From Bryobacterales bacterium (GTDB lineage: Bacteria > Acidobacteriota > Terriglobia > Bryobacterales > UBA6623), in NCBI GenBank assembly GCA_965248255.1, contig CBDFIW010000003.1:1088193-1152192 (forward strand): a DNA stretch of 64,000 bases, in the 5' to 3' direction. Under the pieces are notes generated by a model. That model worked only from the letters and a program-made list of their open reading frames with translations, was not told where the DNA came from and did not search any database. The position numbers and the translations under genes are program-made. Of this stretch, positions 59,699 through 64,000 are shown in pieces. The number at the start of each line of letters is the position of its first letter. The stretch's first letter is position 1.

Positions 59699-60862
59699 GT
59701 GTAGTGCACCATAAATAATGTAACTTATATTGACTTCCCATCGTCTCTATTAACAGGAGGCATGGGATGCGAAGAGCACAACCAGTAACTTTGAACACAG
59801 CGCAATGCAAGCAGTTGGACCGCTACGCGCGCGGCCGCCAAGTCGCCGTTCGTCTCGCCCTGCGAGCCAGGATTGTCCTGCTGGCCGCCGACGGTCTCGA
59901 GAATAAGCAGATCGCCGCACAGCTCGGTGTCTCGCGGCAGTTGGTGGCCCGCTGGCGCACGCGCTTTCTCGAAAGCAGCATCGCCGGCATTGCAAAAGAC
60001 GCCCCACGGCCCGGTCGTAAACCTGCCGTCTCGAAGCAGAAAGTACAGCAGATCATCCACAAGACCACCCGCGAGAAACCGTCCAACGCCACCCACTGGA
60101 GCCGCCGCACCATGGCCGCCGCGGCCGGCGTCAGCGCTTCCACCGTGGGACGGATTTGGCGCGCCCATGGCCTCAAGCCCCACCGCGTCAAGACCTTCAA
60201 GCTCAGCAATGACCCGCGTTTCGCCGAGAAACTCGACGACATCGTCGGACTCTATCTCAATCCGCCTGAGCATGCTCTGGTTCTCTCGCTCGATGAGAAG
60301 TCCCAAATCCAAGCCCTCGATCGCACCCAGCCCGGCCTGCCGCTCAAAAAGGGACGCGGCCAAACGATGACCCACGATTACAAGCGCAACGGCACGACCA
60401 CCCTGTTTGCGGCGCTCAACAGCCTTGACGGCAGCGTGATCGCCGAGTGCATGCCCCGACACAGCCACCAGGAATGGCTGCGCTTCCTGCGCTTAATTGA
60501 CCGCCGCACTCCCAAGGACAAACAGCTTCATCTCATCGTGGACAACTATGCCACCCACAAGCATGCCGCTGTGAAGCGTTGGCTCGATCGTCACCCGCGC
60601 TTCCACATTCATTTCACCCCGACCTCGGCGTCGTGGCTGAACATGGTCGAGCGATTCTTTCGCGATCTCACCGTCAAGCGCCTGCGCCGCGGCGTGTTTC
60701 GCAGCGTGGACGAGCTCGTCGCCGCCATTGACGACTACATCGCCCAGCACAACGGGCATCCCACGCCCTTCATCTGGACCGCGACCGCCTCCGACATCCT
60801 CGAGAAAGTCAAGCGCGGACGTGCCGCCCTGCCTAAGGTGCAATCTGCTTGACGCACTACAC
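59699..60862 (+). mobile_element. IS630-family insertion sequence, second type (1,164 bp)
   Basis: Inverted repeats GTGTAGTGCACC... / ...GACGCACTACAC (the first 9 nt are identical). TA lies on both flanks (59697-59698 and 60863-60864), and the target context is CTAG. Confidence 0.85.
59767..60852 (+). CDS. IS630-family transposase (single ORF, 361 aa)
   Basis: HTH regions ([18 protein letters not shown]; [16 protein letters not shown]). DDE region ([12 protein letters not shown]..., [27 protein letters not shown]). Confidence 0.85.
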   Translation: MRRAQPVTLNTAQCKQLDRYARGRQVAVRLALRARIVLLAADGLENKQIAAQLGVSRQLVARWRTRFLESSIAGIAKDAPRPGRKPAVSKQKVQQIIHKTTREKPSNATHWSRRTMAAAAGVSASTVGRIWRAHGLKPHRVKTFKLSNDPRFAEKLDDIVGLYLNPPEHALVLSLDEKSQIQALDRTQPGLPLKKGRGQTMTHDYKRNGTTTLFAALNSLDGSVIAECMPRHSHQEWLRFLRLIDRRTPKDKQLHLIVDNYATHKHAAVKRWLDRHPRFHIHFTPTSASWLNMVERFFRDLTVKRLRRGVFRSVDELVAAIDDYIAQHNGHPTPFIWTATASDILEKVKRGRAALPKVQSA

Positions 60863-61468
60863 TAGCTCGGCCGCCCGCTGAAAGTCCAGGACGGCACGCG
60901 CGTTGTCTCCCGTGGCCACGTGCTTCGTTCCAAGCGCAAGCCAGCCGTCCGCGCGCTCCGGCATCACCTGCAGGGCGTGCTCCAGGAAAGCGACGGCTTC
61001 GGGGTACCTTCTAGCCTCCCCCTCGGCGTACGCGAGGTTGAAGAGCGAGAGATAGGCGAGAACGGAGGTGTCGGCCACCGTCTGCTGGTAAAGCCCGCGC
61101 CATTCGGCTTCCGGGAGACCCTTCACTTGCCTCGCCCAAGCCAGCCCAAAGCGAGCGTCCAGGTGGTCAGGGTCCAGCTCATGGCCGCGCCGGAAGTGAT
61201 CCAGAGCTCGTTCGAGTGCGGCGGGATCGGACGCGCGTTCCTGCATGGCAAGGTTTCCGAGATTGGCCAAACTGGACACGGAAACCCGGATCTCCGTCGG
61301 AGCCACAGTGTCGGGGGTGACCGACCCTCGCGGCAGAACCAACGCAACGCCCCCGACAGCGACGACGGCCCATGCGATCAAGGCCCACCTCAGCTGATCG
61401 CGGGACTCCGAATCAGCCGATTTCCGGGAACCGGATCCTGTTGTCTTGGTCCTCGCCTGGCTTCCCAT
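60863..61468 (-). pseudogene. TPR protein, N-terminal part
   Basis: TM/signal segment WALIAWAVVAVGGVALVL followed by TPR-like helices. The ORF ends in the IS end (…AAELV*). Confidence 0.7.
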
Positions 61469-61657
61469 GTGTCCCTCTCCGCGGTCGAGCGTTGCTGCTC
61501 GCCGCCAGGAAATAGTGCATAACGGGCATTACGAGCAGAGAGTCACGTTCACCGCACAGCTCGTACTCGTTGACCAGATAGGGGGGATCTCATTCATTTC
61601 ACTGAGAACCTTCTTTTTGCGACGGTCCTCGTTGCCGCCCTTCTGCCGCTGATAGCG

Positions 61658-63469
61658 TTGTCGCTGCGCCGGGGTAGGGCGAGCATCCATCTCTTGGGGT
61701 TCGTCTTCCTGTCGCTCGTTTTGCTGGCCGCGGCGGTGCGTCGACCTGAACGGGACATCGAGCTCACGCGCGCACTGCCTGTCCGAACCGACCAGGACGG
61801 CATGTTGTCATCCAGCTCATGCCAGGGCTGCCACCCCGGGCAATACGAAGCCTGGCACAAGAGCTTCCACCGCACGATGACACAAGTGGCTGGTCCGGAC
61901 ACCGTCCTCCCGCCTTTCGATGGCCGGCATCTGCAAGATCGACGACGTGCCTTCGTCGTCGATCGTCGCAGGGGGGAGTTCTGGATCGCCGAGGTGAAGC
62001 CCGGGGATCCCTCGCGGGTCATGGAGGTCTCGCCGCCACAGCGCGTCATGATGACGACGGGATCTCGTCACCAGCAAATCTACTGGACAGCGGACCGGGA
62101 TGGTTCGCTCGTACAGTTTCCCTGGGTGTACGAGATCGCGGACGGGATTTGGATTCCAACGGAGGACTCGTTTCTCCATCCGGAAGATTGGACGCAGCAG
62201 CAAACGAAGTGGAACCGGGACTGCATTCGCTGTCACTCGGTCGGTCCGCGTCCGAACTTCGACTTCGAGTCGCGGGATTGGGAGACTGAGGTCACCGAGC
62301 TAGGCATCGCCTGCGCAGGGTGTCACGGTCCGGCCGAGGAACACATTCGCTCGCATCACAACCCGCTCCATCGGCATCGGATGCGCGCTTCGGACGTACC
62401 CGACCCCACCATCGTCAACCCGGCGCGACTCACCAAGGAACGCTCCTCGGAGGTGTGCGGTCAATGTCATTCCTTCGCCACATTTCATGACGGGTTCTAC
62501 GGTGGTGATTGGATGGCCTTCCGTGCCGGCAAGGAGCTCGAGGATCATTTCAAGGTCACCAGGGGAGCTGAGAACGAGAACGCGTTCTGGACAGACGGGA
62601 CGGCCCGCATTGGTGGTCGAGAGTACAACGCGATGATCCTCTCGCGCTGCTACACGGATGGCGAGATGACGTGTCTGTCATGTCACAAGATGCACGGAGA
62701 CGAACCGCGTGACCAGCTCACACCGTTCATGGACGGAGACGAAGCCTGCCTCCAATGCCACGAAGATCTCCGCGATCGAGTCGCGGAGCACACCTTCCAC
62801 GACGCCACGAGTAGCGGTAGTCGCTGCCAAAACTGCCACATGCCCTACACGAGCTATGCGCTGCTTGGGGCTGCACGCGCGCATCGCGTGGACTCCCCCG
62901 TGGCGTCGGGACGGACGACGGCCGAACGGCCCAACGCCTGCAATCTCTGCTATCTGGACAGGACGCTGGCGTGGACCGCCGAACATCTCACCGAGTGGTA
63001 CGGAGCACCCGCCGCCGACCTGGACGACGAGCACGAGGAGGTAGCCGCCGCCGTCCTCTGGGCACTTCGCGGCGATGCCGCTCAGCGCTCCATCGTCGCC
63101 TGGCACATGGGTCAGAGCTGGGCGCTCGAGACGTCGGGCAACAGTTGGGTCACCCCATACCTCGCCCGTCTCCTGGTCGACCCGTACTCCGCCACGCGCC
63201 TGATCGCGTATCGTTCGCTGCGACAGATCACCGACGAGACGGCTCCGTTCGACTATGTCGGCCCTGCCGATGACCGAGCGCGGGTGAGCCGAGACTTCAT
63301 GCGACGGTGGGTTACGGCGCGGGTCGCCGATGGGGCGGTCGCTCCCCCGGAGACTCTCATCGTAGGGCCCGGACGACTTTGGGTGGAACGCCTCGAGGAG
63401 CTCTACCGAGAGCGCGACAACCGCCGGATCGTCCTGGCCGAATGCGTACGGGACAGGAGTCATGAATGA
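61658..63469 (+). CDS. multiheme c-type cytochrome (7 CXXCH) with helical-repeat C-terminal region
   Basis: CQGCH, CIRCH, CAGCH, CGQCH, CLSCH, CLQCH, CQNCH. N-terminal hydrophobic anchor. TTG start at 61658 is uncertain. Confidence 0.75.
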   Translation: MSLRRGRASIHLLGFVFLSLVLLAAAVRRPERDIELTRALPVRTDQDGMLSSSSCQGCHPGQYEAWHKSFHRTMTQVAGPDTVLPPFDGRHLQDRRRAFVVDRRRGEFWIAEVKPGDPSRVMEVSPPQRVMMTTGSRHQQIYWTADRDGSLVQFPWVYEIADGIWIPTEDSFLHPEDWTQQQTKWNRDCIRCHSVGPRPNFDFESRDWETEVTELGIACAGCHGPAEEHIRSHHNPLHRHRMRASDVPDPTIVNPARLTKERSSEVCGQCHSFATFHDGFYGGDWMAFRAGKELEDHFKVTRGAENENAFWTDGTARIGGREYNAMILSRCYTDGEMTCLSCHKMHGDEPRDQLTPFMDGDEACLQCHEDLRDRVAEHTFHDATSSGSRCQNCHMPYTSYALLGAARAHRVDSPVASGRTTAERPNACNLCYLDRTLAWTAEHLTEWYGAPAADLDDEHEEVAAAVLWALRGDAAQRSIVAWHMGQSWALETSGNSWVTPYLARLLVDPYSATRLIAYRSLRQITDETAPFDYVGPADDRARVSRDFMRRWVTARVADGAVAPPETLIVGPGRLWVERLEELYRERDNRRIVLAECVRDRSHE

Positions 63470-63953
63470 GCAGGACCACTCCGGCGTGCCCGATGATGCG
63501 GACCGGACCCAAGCGAGCCGCGTAGCGCATCGCCGTCTCGTTCGAACTCACTTTCGGTGGGGCTGGTGGTCGCTCCTACTGTTTCTGATGCTCGGCGTCT
63601 TCCTGGATGCTCTGCACGGCTTCAAGGCCGGCTTCTACCTGGATGCATCGAGCGCGACACGTCGCCCACTGGCGCACGCCCATGGCACGCTCGTGTCGCT
63701 GCCGCACCTGGTGCTCGCCGCGTTCTTGAACGCGCACCCCACCTGGCCAGACCGCCTGCGCAGGATCGCCTCGCGGGCTCTGATGGGCGGTAGCATCCTC
63801 CTTCCCGCGGGCTTCTTCCTTGGCGGGCTGTTCACCTACGATGGCGACCCGGGCCTTGGCGTCTACCTCGTACCCGTAGGAGCCGTGCTCCTGGCCGTCG
63901 CCGTCTTCCTAGCCGCCCGAGCGTCCTCACGCATGACAACCATCGGCGGCTGA
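63462..63953 (+). CDS. integral membrane protein
   Basis: 163 aa. Its start overlaps the cytochrome gene stop by 8 nt. Four hydrophobic segments. Confidence 0.5.
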   Translation: MNEQDHSGVPDDADRTQASRVAHRRLVRTHFRWGWWSLLLFLMLGVFLDALHGFKAGFYLDASSATRRPLAHAHGTLVSLPHLVLAAFLNAHPTWPDRLRRIASRALMGGSILLPAGFFLGGLFTYDGDPGLGVYLVPVGAVLLAVAVFLAARASSRMTTIGG

Positions 63954-64000
63954 CGCTGCTCGATCCCGCGCGAGTTTCCGGGCTGCGCAACAACGCTCCT

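Overview
This is a high-GC bacterial chromosomal segment. All functional calls come from motif recognition by eye; no database search was run. The gene content suggests an Acidobacteriota-like organism (inference): a TIGR03437-type C-terminal domain, a CarboxypepD_reg-type TonB-dependent receptor, a wHTH-Ser/Thr kinase next to a TolB-like propeller, and a PSCyt/DUF1549/DUF1553 + DUF1501 pair. The window has two parts. (1) About 2-44.8 kb and 57.3-61.5 kb form a mobile-element-ridden mosaic. It holds four near-identical copies of one IS630-family element, each inside a host gene with TA duplications, plus a second, unrelated IS630-family element, an IS1380-family element, a group II intron with its RT/maturase, two orphan group II intron 3' ends (domains V-VI), and a RAYT (IS200-like Y1 transposase) surrounded by REPIN-type inverted REP doublets. 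It also holds a Dcm-Vsr pair facing an uncharacterised ParB-like + 288-aa operon, a degraded RelE/ParE toxin-antitoxin pair, a 38-nt poly(C) tract inside a secreted-protein gene, and an orphan ~1,450-aa acidic membrane protein with PKD and CBM-like domains. (2) About 44.9-57.3 kb is an uninterrupted housekeeping block: MBL hydrolase, YgfZ-like, PP2C, YajQ, response regulator, BamD, Rpe, RsmB, an RsbW-like kinase + STAS protein directly upstream of mlaEFD. Several genes are broken at homopolymers (C6, G8, A8, C38), so sequencing error and real decay or phase variation cannot be separated from sequence alone. The best candidates for something new are the ParB-like/288-aa module beside Dcm-Vsr, the giant acidic repeat protein, the poly(C)38 locus, the A8/A6 dimorphism of the IS630 transposase, the REPIN-RAYT locus fused to a TonB receptor gene, and the partner-switching pair wired to Mla. 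No CRISPR array, rRNA or convincing tRNA gene was seen.
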